Source: an uncultured Candidatus Saccharibacteria bacterium
GTDB taxonomy: Bacteria; Patescibacteriota; CAZHWT01
Reading direction: 5' to 3'
DNA length: 64,000 nucleotides
Assembly (NCBI GenBank): GCA_964536215.1
Contig: CAZHWT010000002.1
Location: 20,573-84,572, forward strand
Shown here: in pieces, positions 41,678-50,621 of the stretch
Numbering within the stretch: position 1 is the stretch's first letter
Layout of the letters: the number at the start of each line of letters is the position of its first letter
Program-made: the position numbers and the translations under genes
Notes under the pieces: generated by a model
What the model saw: the letters and a program-made list of their open reading frames with translations, nothing else
The model's database searches: none
What the model was told of the DNA's origin: nothing

Positions 41678-42232
41678 TTAAAACATCGAAAAAGAGAGTT
41701 CTCCTACAACCACCTTCACTTGCAGCCAGGCCATTGTGCCTGGCTGTTTCTAGCTGCTTTCTCTCTCAAATAAATATCCATTTAAATAGCCATTTATCTC
41801 ATTATCCTTTCAACCAAAATAAAAAGCTGGCCAGATAGCGAACAGTAAGCAAATTATAACACTTCATTCCCAACATCCATAGGCAGGCGCAAAACTAAGT
41901 ACGTACACATGTACGTACACGTTTACGTACCAACCTAGAAGCAGCTGATTAGTGTAAACAAAACCATACATCTGCCCCGTGATTAGTTTAGCAGGCAGAC
42001 TAGGTGTTCTGAGTAAGTGCCTGGAAGGTGGTGAATACTATAGCTGCGCTTGCATCCCATAAGTAGACCGAGGAATGCCAGTCCAGTTGCTAAACAGTAG
42101 ATCTTTACTATATAAGCTATTTATGCTCGACTTTAAACTGGGGAGGAAGGAGTCTAACGCAATCAAGAAGAGCGGGGTGCAATAGAAGCTCTGGTATAAC
42201 GCCAGAGCTTCATAGTGCAATTCAACCTCAGC

Positions 42233-42472
42233 TTAGTGCTTGGTATCTTTTGGAGGGTTAGGATCCTTTGCCGGTTTTACTGTGTCGCTATCGCGAATAG
42301 GTCCTTTTGGACTGTGAATTCTCACTTCGCCTCCACCAGAATTAGCAGCCAATCGCTTGGCATCCACCTCTGCTTGACGTTGTGTTTGAGCATGGCTTGA
42401 AGCTCGAGAAGAGCCTTCTCGCTTTGCATCCCATCCACCTTTGGGGTTATGAGTTACGTGATAGTTTGCCAT
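42233..42472 (-). CDS. DUF2188 domain protein
   Basis: YHVT...GGW...EG..RAS....TQ..A...A......EVRIH...G.IRDSD. Confidence 0.9.
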   Translation of the reverse strand: MANYHVTHNPKGGWDAKREGSSRASSHAQTQRQAEVDAKRLAANSGGGEVRIHSPKGPIRDSDTVKPAKDPNPPKDTKH

Positions 42473-42780
42473 TACTTTGCACTCCATCGACAAGCGCGTA
42501 GGCTATCTAAGTTATTATCGGTAGTGGCATCTGGAGACGACTTAATAATTCTGCGGCCACAGTTATCACAATTAACCGAGACAACCTTTGCAGTTGTACC
42601 GGTGCGCGATCCAACAGTGTAAAACGAATCGCCATTATCTATCGCGCTTAATACCTGAGACAAAGACAGCCGTCTGGCAGCATTGTCAGGGGCATCTCCG
42701 ACGCCCACAGTTACGATGTGCGCATGAGTAGTTGGCTCATTGATTGGTTCTTGGTTTGTACAGACAATTCTGTAGGTCAT
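42472..42780 (-). CDS. DUF3892 domain protein
   Basis: HI..V...V..AI.NG..FYT...IKSSPD.T.DNNLDSL; stop overlaps the DUF2188 start. Confidence 0.85.
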   Translation of the reverse strand: MTYRIVCTNQEPINEPTTHAHIVTVGVGDAPDNAARRLSLSQVLSAIDNGDSFYTVGSRTGTTAKVVSVNCDNCGRRIIKSSPDATTDNNLDSLRACRWSAK

Positions 42781-42929
42781 AAAATATCTCCTTAATTAAT
42801 GTAATCCATTGACTTTTAGGCCTACAGATTGTATTATACAAGCATAGGCCTATAATATTTGGTATCATCCTTTATTATTGGTTCACGAACCACGAGATTG
42901 TCGTCTCGTGGTTCTTCAGTTATAGGTAG

Positions 42930-43343
42930 TCATATCGCGCTCACCTCCTCAGATTGTTTTTCCTTTAAATAGATAATATACAAATCCCCTTCTCCTTCTA
43001 GCCCTGCTTCTGAAAGCGGCTTTTTCTCGTAATCATATCGACCGGCATATTTTTTCGTGTTTATCCTGTTTGCCTTAAAGAAGCTATTGGCCAAGATGTG
43101 CCCGCCATAGTTAGAGCTTTTAGTAATAGCTATCCTACCTTGTTCGTCTTCGCTATTAGTAAACATGACCCCAATAGCATTCAGGTTGCTGTCGTAGTAT
43201 AGTACCCCAAATTTGTAGCTATCAATATAATTCTGTTTGTAAAATTGGGTAGGGAAACCTACGGCTCTATTTCGAGTGATAGTAATACGGTCTTCGAACC
43301 GCTTCCCTACAGCCGTAAAACGTTGAAAGTTAAAATTACTCAT
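42930..43343 (-). CDS. Hypothetical protein
   Basis: 137-aa ORF with upstream TTGACA promoter and hairpin at 42886-42914. Confidence 0.7.
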   Translation of the reverse strand: MSNFNFQRFTAVGKRFEDRITITRNRAVGFPTQFYKQNYIDSYKFGVLYYDSNLNAIGVMFTNSEDEQGRIAITKSSNYGGHILANSFFKANRINTKKYAGRYDYEKKPLSEAGLEGEGDLYIIYLKEKQSEEVSAI

Positions 43344-43911
43344 GATTTACTTGTACACCCTGAAAGTAAGATATGTCAAGTATGTACAAAAAGTAATGTG
43401 GAACTTTGGAACATTATTTAACTGGAGGTAGATATAGATTCGGAATCCCGTTGCAGCAAAAACTTAGCTAATCGTCTAGTAACACAGATCGGGTGTCTGA
43501 AGCTATCCAAATCTTAAGCAAAATGTACCTCAATCGATTAAAGCGTAGAAGATTCTAAATGCACGACCGAATTGATGTTAAAGAGAAAGACAAACCGGAG
43601 CAACTATGTAATAAATAATCTTTTGGTAGAAACATTAATATTAAATGCGACTGATTCAGAATAATCGGTTGATGCCCTACTGTTGTGGTAAGAACGAAAA
43701 AAATCCGCTCAATCGACCGAAATGCAGTGTGACTAGGCTAAGATTATTGGGTTAAATAGCAGCTACTTTAAAAATTAACTCCGGCTTCATCAAAATCATT
43801 CTTCAACAGAGTTTCTAGCTTGAAAATTAAACTTATCTGCCATCTAGTTGCCGAATAAGTTCCGTGCAGGCCCATAGCTCTCAATCGTCCTACACCCAAT
43901 TATGCGCTCTG

Positions 43912-43984
43912 TGGAGATGACGGGAGTCGAACCCGTTCCTCTCTCTTGATAAGAGAGTGATCTAACCGCTAATTCTACATCCCC
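43912..43984 (-). tRNA. Atypical tRNA-like gene: anticodon ATC (Asp), G3:U70 acceptor, no encoded CCA
   Basis: Cloverleaf: GGGGATG/CATCTCC acceptor; CTCTC-TTATCAA-GAGAG anticodon arm; ACGGG-TTCGACT-CCCGT T arm; weak D stem. Confidence 0.7.
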
Positions 43985-44091
43985 ACAGAGACCACAATTC
44001 ATCTGTCTACAATCTTACCTATAGTACCATAAACAAACCCGAATAGCCGACAGGCGAGCAAACAAATGATGTGAGCTAAACCATCACTTAA

Positions 44092-44742
44092 TCAAGATTG
44101 CTGCTTGCCTTCAGCTTGTTTCAGTTTGACAGTCTCAATAATCTGTTGGCAATAGTCACAAATAATAGCGCAACACTCACCAGTAAGATTAATAGAGACA
44201 GTCTTATGGTTATGCTTAAAAGAATGGTGGCCAATTGTAAAATCCACCATTCTAGCAGAAGAACCCTCGTCCTGTTCTCCCGAAACTCTACCTGCGTACA
44301 AAATGCTAGCGGAATTAGGATGGACAAATTCACTCAGTTGGTCGTAAGAACTTCGCAAATTTGGATGCGCATTAGTAGCCTTATCGATACAGGTCAATAT
44401 GTTTACAGACTGCGCCTCACTACCTGGCTCTCTCGAGCCATACAAGAATATATTAAAAACCTCAGCAGAGCTAGCGGTTTTTACCTTGTCCAGAGCATAG
44501 TACACAAGACCAACAGTCTCCAATAAACCTCGTATAATTGCGAAAGAGGTCAATGGTCTATTACTCTCAATCGACCAGATAGCTGATTCAGTCAACTCTT
44601 GAGTCCTGTTCAAAACACCAGTAACAAAAACTGTATGGGGATAGATTTTTCCTGTATCAGCAAAAAGCACTAATCCAGTATCAGTCAATTTTGGCAAAAG
44701 GTTTTTGAGCTGTTCAATGTCGGTATAGCTAACTTGATCCAT
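44092..44742 (-). CDS. Hypothetical protein, DUF5677/HEPN-like helical fold
   Basis: IIRGLLET and YDQLSEFVHP motifs; 14-bp overlap with the R-M gene. Confidence 0.55.
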   Translation of the reverse strand: MDQVSYTDIEQLKNLLPKLTDTGLVLFADTGKIYPHTVFVTGVLNRTQELTESAIWSIESNRPLTSFAIIRGLLETVGLVYYALDKVKTASSAEVFNIFLYGSREPGSEAQSVNILTCIDKATNAHPNLRSSYDQLSEFVHPNSASILYAGRVSGEQDEGSSARMVDFTIGHHSFKHNHKTVSINLTGECCAIICDYCQQIIETVKLKQAEGKQQS

Positions 44743-47464
44743 CTCGCTCCTTATATTTATTAAACAATAATGCCACTCTTTCCGCGTCGTCGGCGAAAGG
44801 TTTCTTGCGGTAGAGTTTGTCTATGGCTTTATCTAGGCTTTTGTGGGCCTTGAGGAGGTCGGGGGGCATGGTTAGGGGGTCGTAGAGGTCAGCTAGGGTG
44901 CTGTTAGGGTAATTGCCGCGAGTGGCTAGGATGGCTTGAGCTAAGGTTTCTATCTCTGATTTTTGGTCCTCAGTTACGTTTTCCGGCCAGACGAAGTTGT
45001 TGTAAACAATATCTTTGGAATATTGATAATCGCTCTTTAGCCGGCCCGTGACCGCCCTTGTCCAAGACATGTGCATCCCAGATGTAAGTACAGCAAACTC
45101 GTACAGATTCGCATGATCAACCAATCTCAATTTATTACTACAAAGCACATCAGGGCCAAGGAATTGTATGGGTATGTAATTTCTGCGTTCTGAGGATACT
45201 TCAGGAAGAGCAATGTAGTTTGACTTCGAAATAAATCGGGTATGAAATCGAGTGGGATAATCTGCAATCTTTCTAGTAGAAGAACTTGGGCTAGATAAGC
45301 GATACTGTCTAACGGCCTCAATACGCTTTAAGACATGCGGCATGGTCTTGAGTTCGGAAGGGCTTGCTTCGTCCAAATATAAATACCACCTCTCAATCCC
45401 ATTCAAGAACTCAACCCCGCCCAACCATCGCTTGAAGAACTTCTCAGCATTGAGCTCTAGTTGTAAAAATTCCGCTTTCTCCTGGGGGGTAAACAAATAA
45501 TTGCCGCCATCGATAGGCTTATTCCCCGATACCATAACTGGCACATCGCAAATTGGCTTGCTTCGACTCTGAATAAGCACATCAGGTGCGTTAACCAGAT
45601 AGGGATTAATGTGCTCTACTGATTGTTCTACAGCCTCGCCACGAATATCTGGGTAGTCAAAAATATATTTATCTTTGGCTTGATGAGAATCTTTGGAAAA
45701 GCCGATGATCACACAGTAGACAGCCGCCACACCTTTGGCATCGTTGGTCCACTTAAACGTTCGGTGAGCAAAATTAATGGCAATATGTAGGTCAAATAGA
45801 TACTTCCATAGAATACCGACCTGCTCGCCCTGAGTAATCGAATTAGTCGACACCAAAGCAGCTCGAACGGCTGGATTACTATCCATCATTCGGGCAGCCT
45901 TAGCGTACCACGCGCTGACAAAATCCAAAACTCCCACCTTATCTTGCCCATTAAAAACCGCCTTTACCTCATCCCTCTGCGTTTGAGACATAATCTTAGC
46001 TCCAATAAACGGCGGGTTACCTATAATAAAGTCTAACTTTTGTGGCTCTATGACTTCGGTCCAATCCTGCTGCAGCGCATTAGCATTCACAATATTAGCG
46101 CTCTTAGTCAGCGGCAACCGCTTAAAGGTGGAACCGGACAACTGGCTAAATTCCATGTTCATCTGGTGGTCGGTTAGCCATAGTGCGGTTTGGGCGATGA
46201 GGGCGGGGAATTCTTCGATTTCTATCCCGTTCATTTGGTCCACATTAACCCGCACCCTAGACCCCACTCCCTCCAACCCACTAGCATCAAAAATATTCCC
46301 CTTATCCTTGTATAACAAATCAATCACCTTATGCTCCAACCGTCGCAACTCCCGATAAGTAATCACCAAAAAATTCCCACTCCCACACGCCGGATCCAAA
46401 AACGTCAACCCAGCCAGCTTATCGTGAAACTCCGCCAATTTAGCCTTACTCCGCTTAACCCGGGCAAACTCCTCATACAACCCATCCAAAAATAACGGCT
46501 TAATTACCTTAAGAATATTAGCCTCCGACGTATAATGAGCTCCCAAATTACGCCGCTCCGCCTCATCCATAACTCCCTGGAACATACTGCCAAAAATAGC
46601 CGGCGACACCTTACTCCAATCCAGACGCATCGCCATCAACACCTGCTGTCGCATATCCGACCTAAACGACGGCGTTCGTAAACTCTCGGCAAACAACCCA
46701 CCATTTATATACGGAAAACTAGCCAAATCCTGGTCCAGCGAACTCTGCCGTTGATCCTCTGGTGTCCGCAGCACCTCAAAAAACTCCCGCATCCGACTAC
46801 CGAAATCCGACCCATCCGGGGCTGTTCGCCGCTCCAAATACTCCTCCAGACTCTTGCGAGCAAAAATCCCCGCATCGTCAGCAAAAAAGCAGAACACCAA
46901 CCGCACCAGCAATAACTCCAAATCGTGCCCAGTATAATTATCCTCCCGCAAGGCATTATGTAGCCGAGCCATAGCCTCCGCCGCCTGCCGGTTAACCGGC
47001 TCCTCCTCGGCCAACTGCCGACTCTGCTGTCCCACCAAAAAGCCAAACAACCGCACCTGCTTAGGCAAGTCGGCTAAGACAAACTCTGTCTCCGCCTTAG
47101 ACTCCAAATCAATAAACCGGAAAGTAGCAAAATCGCTCACCACAATCCCTAGCGGCAAATCCGCATCTGGCATATTAGGCAAATAATCATAGGCCTGAAC
47201 CTTAGCATCGCCCAAATCTCGACCGCCCGACTTCTGCTCCGCTAACAACTTACCCGGCCAGAACAAATCAATAAACCCCTGCTGACCGCCGGACTTCTTA
47301 ATCGCGTATTCAAAAAAGGCTCCATGCCGCCGCCTATCCACCCCAAACACATCCAAAAATTCCGACCAAAACGACTGTGACTCCCCCTTCTCGTACGTCT
47401 CGCCCGCCCACCGAGAGGCAAAAGCTACCGCACGTGATTCAATTTCATTCCAGGAAAGAGGCAT
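44729..47464 (-). CDS. MmeI-like type IIL/IIG restriction-modification enzyme (endonuclease, N6-adenine MTase, TRD)
   Basis: LSWNEI...FIDLFWPG.LL.EQKS nuclease; GAHYTS, FLDPACGSGNFL and GNPPF; GRLKSDYQYS...YNNFVWP. Confidence 0.93.
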   Translation of the reverse strand: MPLSWNEIESRAVAFASRWAGETYEKGESQSFWSEFLDVFGVDRRRHGAFFEYAIKKSGGQQGFIDLFWPGKLLAEQKSGGRDLGDAKVQAYDYLPNMPDADLPLGIVVSDFATFRFIDLESKAETEFVLADLPKQVRLFGFLVGQQSRQLAEEEPVNRQAAEAMARLHNALREDNYTGHDLELLLVRLVFCFFADDAGIFARKSLEEYLERRTAPDGSDFGSRMREFFEVLRTPEDQRQSSLDQDLASFPYINGGLFAESLRTPSFRSDMRQQVLMAMRLDWSKVSPAIFGSMFQGVMDEAERRNLGAHYTSEANILKVIKPLFLDGLYEEFARVKRSKAKLAEFHDKLAGLTFLDPACGSGNFLVITYRELRRLEHKVIDLLYKDKGNIFDASGLEGVGSRVRVNVDQMNGIEIEEFPALIAQTALWLTDHQMNMEFSQLSGSTFKRLPLTKSANIVNANALQQDWTEVIEPQKLDFIIGNPPFIGAKIMSQTQRDEVKAVFNGQDKVGVLDFVSAWYAKAARMMDSNPAVRAALVSTNSITQGEQVGILWKYLFDLHIAINFAHRTFKWTNDAKGVAAVYCVIIGFSKDSHQAKDKYIFDYPDIRGEAVEQSVEHINPYLVNAPDVLIQSRSKPICDVPVMVSGNKPIDGGNYLFTPQEKAEFLQLELNAEKFFKRWLGGVEFLNGIERWYLYLDEASPSELKTMPHVLKRIEAVRQYRLSSPSSSTRKIADYPTRFHTRFISKSNYIALPEVSSERRNYIPIQFLGPDVLCSNKLRLVDHANLYEFAVLTSGMHMSWTRAVTGRLKSDYQYSKDIVYNNFVWPENVTEDQKSEIETLAQAILATRGNYPNSTLADLYDPLTMPPDLLKAHKSLDKAIDKLYRKKPFADDAERVALLFNKYKERDGSS

Positions 47465-48019
47465 AGTTTTGTTATTAGTTATTTCCGCCAGAGGCGGACT
47501 ATCGGGTTACTTTCCGCCAGAGGCGGACAGGAGTTACTTGGTTAGCCTGTGGTTGATGATTTATGGTTTTGTTATTCGCCCTAGCTGCCTCGCACCCTTG
47601 CCGTCTAGCACCTTGCCACAAATTATACACCTCAGATAACCGCCCCCGCCACTCCAGACCATAATTACTACCACCCAAAAGTTGACTAAGGACACTATTT
47701 AATGTAGCGTATAGACACAAAAAGACTTTCGGCATGTAGTTTTTAAGCTACCCCGCGGAAGGTCTTTTTTATTGCTATTCTACTGGGAACACTGACATAA
47801 AGTCCCGCCTGTCCCCTCTTTGAGAAACCTTCACTTGGACACAGAAATTAATAGCTCTTATAAGTTTAGTCTAGTAGAGGAAAGTTAGCTGACATGTTCT
47901 CGTTATTGAATCCTCAGTCCATAATTATCGGCATGCCTGAGGCTATTAATTATTTGGCAGAGAGGAATAAATCCTGTAAAAAAAGAGAAAGGGTAGTCAA
48001 AAGCGACTACCCTTTTAAC

Positions 48020-48499
48020 TTACGCGTCGAACGTATGTAAGCGTGATGCTTGCCTAATGGTCTGGCTTGCAGCCTCGTGATCGCGCAGAGCTTTGTCTAA
48101 TCTCTCCTCCAGACCGACCTTGATGTCGCTAAGTTCATCTTTGAACTCAGCTACAACATCATTCATTCCCGGTATCAATACCAGCTTTGTTACAATACTC
48201 GCGTTGAGGGGTGTAAAAAGCGGGGCCAGAAAGAAGGCTTGTTGAGGTCTGGGCTCTTCAGATTCATCTAGGCCACTCTTCCACAACACATTCAGTACGG
48301 CGCGAAGCTGCGCAGTTGTGATGAACTTTGGCTCGGCTGGAGGATCGATGCCAAAGACTTCGCGGAACTCGCCCGCATACTTCGCCCGCTGACGATCTTT
48401 CATCTGCTTGTCCCTCCTTTGTGCAGCGAACAGACCTAGGCCGCCAACGAAAATCCCACTAAGCGCGATAGCTGTTTTTTGGCGCACCATTGTGCCCAC
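48020..48499 (-). CDS. Hypothetical protein with N-terminal TM
   Basis: RBS and terminator ~47988-48016. Confidence 0.6.
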   Translation of the reverse strand: MGTMVRQKTAIALSGIFVGGLGLFAAQRRDKQMKDRQRAKYAGEFREVFGIDPPAEPKFITTAQLRAVLNVLWKSGLDESEEPRPQQAFFLAPLFTPLNASIVTKLVLIPGMNDVVAEFKDELSDIKVGLEERLDKALRDHEAASQTIRQASRLHTFDA

Positions 48500-48817
48500 C
48501 TTCCTTAAGTACCAGCGAATCCGACTGCCGTACTATACAACATAAAAATAGACAGCACAACTGTCATAGGTCGCGATGGCTATGTATATAATATTAGCCA
48601 ATAGGAGTTACGAATACGGGATCGAACTATATACATAAATACAGATTAGTCCAAGCGGAGTAAATCCCTATTTATAGCAATTCCATATCAGATATGAACA
48701 TCTCTGGTCATAATATCGCGGTAGGCACTAGGTAATAGACAGATTGGTATTGATGATAGCCCCAAAACGTTTAAAAGCCGCGCTGTGTAGGAATGTACAG
48801 CGCGGCTTGGTGTATCC

Positions 48818-49297
48818 TCACCCGTGAAGATAACGATGGTTACTCAGGAATGCCAGTCTGTCTTTGCTTGCCACTATTGCCAATAGTTGCCAAGCGGTAA
48901 TAATGCCGCGATAAGCAGCAGTGGCTACGAGTAGTCCAATAAGCGTACCGGCGTAGTGGTTTGCCGTAAACGCAAATGGAATTATAGCTAGGTAGAGATC
49001 TGGTCGAGGCCTTTCATCTGTAACCTGATCACTCCAGGTATCCATGTCACCCATTCTCCACCTTGCTAGAATTGCATCAGGCAGCATGGTAGTTATAGCC
49101 GTAAGCAGCAGGGCAATTTCGTCCACTTGCGCCGTCCGGAACAAAGCGTCATGGTACAGCCAGTAGCCTGGGATCCAGGCTCGTCGCATAACCAAAGCAG
49201 CTTCGCCTGGTTCAAAGCTACGGCGCTGACATCGGATATAACCAAGGTTACCAGCTATGCCCACCGTCAAAGCCAGACCTAATAAAAGAACAGTCAT
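48818..49297 (-). CDS. Hypothetical membrane protein
   Basis: GGAG RBS, hydrophobic segments and downstream terminator. Confidence 0.6.
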   Translation of the reverse strand: MTVLLLGLALTVGIAGNLGYIRCQRRSFEPGEAALVMRRAWIPGYWLYHDALFRTAQVDEIALLLTAITTMLPDAILARWRMGDMDTWSDQVTDERPRPDLYLAIIPFAFTANHYAGTLIGLLVATAAYRGIITAWQLLAIVASKDRLAFLSNHRYLHG

Positions 49298-49490
49298 CTC
49301 TCCACCTCTTCACTAATACGTCTCTTGAGGGTTTGATTATATATCAGAAGCTCTAATAAAACAATTATAGGCCCAGACAGCGGAAGCTGTGGAGTTAGGA
49401 GTAAGGAGTTGCGAGTTGTGAGAAAGACTAATCAAAAAGTACGTATTCGCAAAAGGCGACGCGTTTTAGCGTCGCCTTAGTGCCCATTAC

Positions 49491-50063
49491 TCAGCGAGAC
49501 ACAAAGTGATCAACTTTGACCACCTGATCCAACCGAACCAGCGGAAGAGTAGCTTGGTGCGGCGGGGCCGCATTGACCCAATCAGGATCAGCGCCCTCCA
49601 ACTCGAGATCGAAGATTCTCTCCCAGCCCTTATAGACTTCAGTCCGCAAATCGGCCGGCAAATCGTCAAGCCTGTAATACTCCGATCCCGTCCGGTCCCT
49701 TACCCGATCTAGAAAATCTTCGTGTTCTTCCTCGGTTAGAGTCATGTGCCAGCCGCTTAGGACCAAGCACCAATTGTCAAAGCTGGACAATAAGTAGTCT
49801 GACTCATTGGCCAAAAATTGAACCCGGACGCCTCGCTGACCTCTCTCAAGGTGGCCGGGGTGGCGCAGGTCTGGCTTGGTCGGCCAAGCCCAAATCGGAT
49901 AACCAATCTGAGGATTACCTAACCGTTCCCGCATCTGCCCGATCAGCCATTGGTAGGCCGGTCGGCAAGTAGACCATACGCGCCGACCATCGGCGCGGAG
50001 GATACCGCGAGTCTGGAACACCTCCCAGGCTCGTTCGTCCTGGATTGTCCACAAGGTGACCAC
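49491..50063 (-). CDS. DUF3841 domain protein
   Basis: LWTIQ...AYQWL..QM...YPIWAW...PDLR...LLSSFDNW..VL...WERIFD...QAT. Confidence 0.85.
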   Translation of the reverse strand: MVTLWTIQDERAWEVFQTRGILRADGRRVWSTCRPAYQWLIGQMRERLGNPQIGYPIWAWPTKPDLRHPGHLERGQRGVRVQFLANESDYLLSSFDNWCLVLSGWHMTLTEEEHEDFLDRVRDRTGSEYYRLDDLPADLRTEVYKGWERIFDLELEGADPDWVNAAPPHQATLPLVRLDQVVKVDHFVSR

Positions 50064-50145
50064 TACTTTCCTCCCACTGTTTGGACAGTAACACGGCCTC
50101 AATTATATCAAAAACGCAGGCCTATAGTCAATAAAAGCACTCAAA

Positions 50146-50541
50146 CTACTTCAATATTTCTAGCCAGATATTTTTAGCTTGTTGATGAACAGGGTTGTAA
50201 ATAGATATAATCTGGCGACCCTGCTGTTGGCTACGTTTCCGGGCTCTTTTTGCAGCTACATCGCCGTCGATGCAATAGGTGGTAATATCCAGATAGCAAA
50301 GCCCACTATTTGGATTAACCCAAGTACCAAGAAACATATTTGGTTGTAATAGCAGGTCTTCATAATTGGTTGTAAACCGCAGCAGTGCATCTTCCAGCTC
50401 GTCGACCGTCACAATCTCAGTAAGCCCTGGATGCTCCGGGTAAAACCAGGCATCAATAGGCTCTAAAAACTGCTGAGTTCGCCAAGCAACCGTCGCTCCG
50501 CCGTCTCGTATTGTCTTGTCTTTAGCTTGAGTAATAAACAC
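50146..50541 (-). CDS. Hypothetical protein
   Basis: GGAT...LGTW...YLDIT...Q.ISIY pattern. Confidence 0.6.
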   Translation of the reverse strand: MFITQAKDKTIRDGGATVAWRTQQFLEPIDAWFYPEHPGLTEIVTVDELEDALLRFTTNYEDLLLQPNMFLGTWVNPNSGLCYLDITTYCIDGDVAAKRARKRSQQQGRQIISIYNPVHQQAKNIWLEILK

Positions 50542-50621
50542 CAGATCCCAACTCTAGAATGTCCTTGGACATTCAACTACCAATCACAAATAGGCATTTA
50601 AATAGGCATTTAAATGCCTAT

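Larger units (their letters stand above)
36280..42035 (+). repeat. Array of co-oriented degenerate 150-200 bp repeats separating gene cassettes. Fuller copies at ~36441, 39147, 39981, 41092 and 41869; 3' parts at 36280, 37370 and 38470
   Basis: Shared blocks GTACGTACAC..., CTA-GAAGCAGCTGAGAAGTATAA, AAAACCA, ATATGAACA, CAGGCAG-CTAGGTGTTCTGAG and CCTGGAAGGTGGT. Confidence 0.85.

Noticed and set aside
36280-42035. CRISPR array
   Set aside because: Repeats are 150-200 bp and degenerate, the intervals are whole genes, and no cas genes are present.
36280-42035. Canonical integron
   Set aside because: No IntI gene in the window and no recognisable attC R/L boxes; kept only as an analogy.
43912-43984. 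tmRNA (ssrA)
   Set aside because: The ends resemble tmRNA, but only 73 nt separate them, with a complete anticodon arm and no tag ORF.
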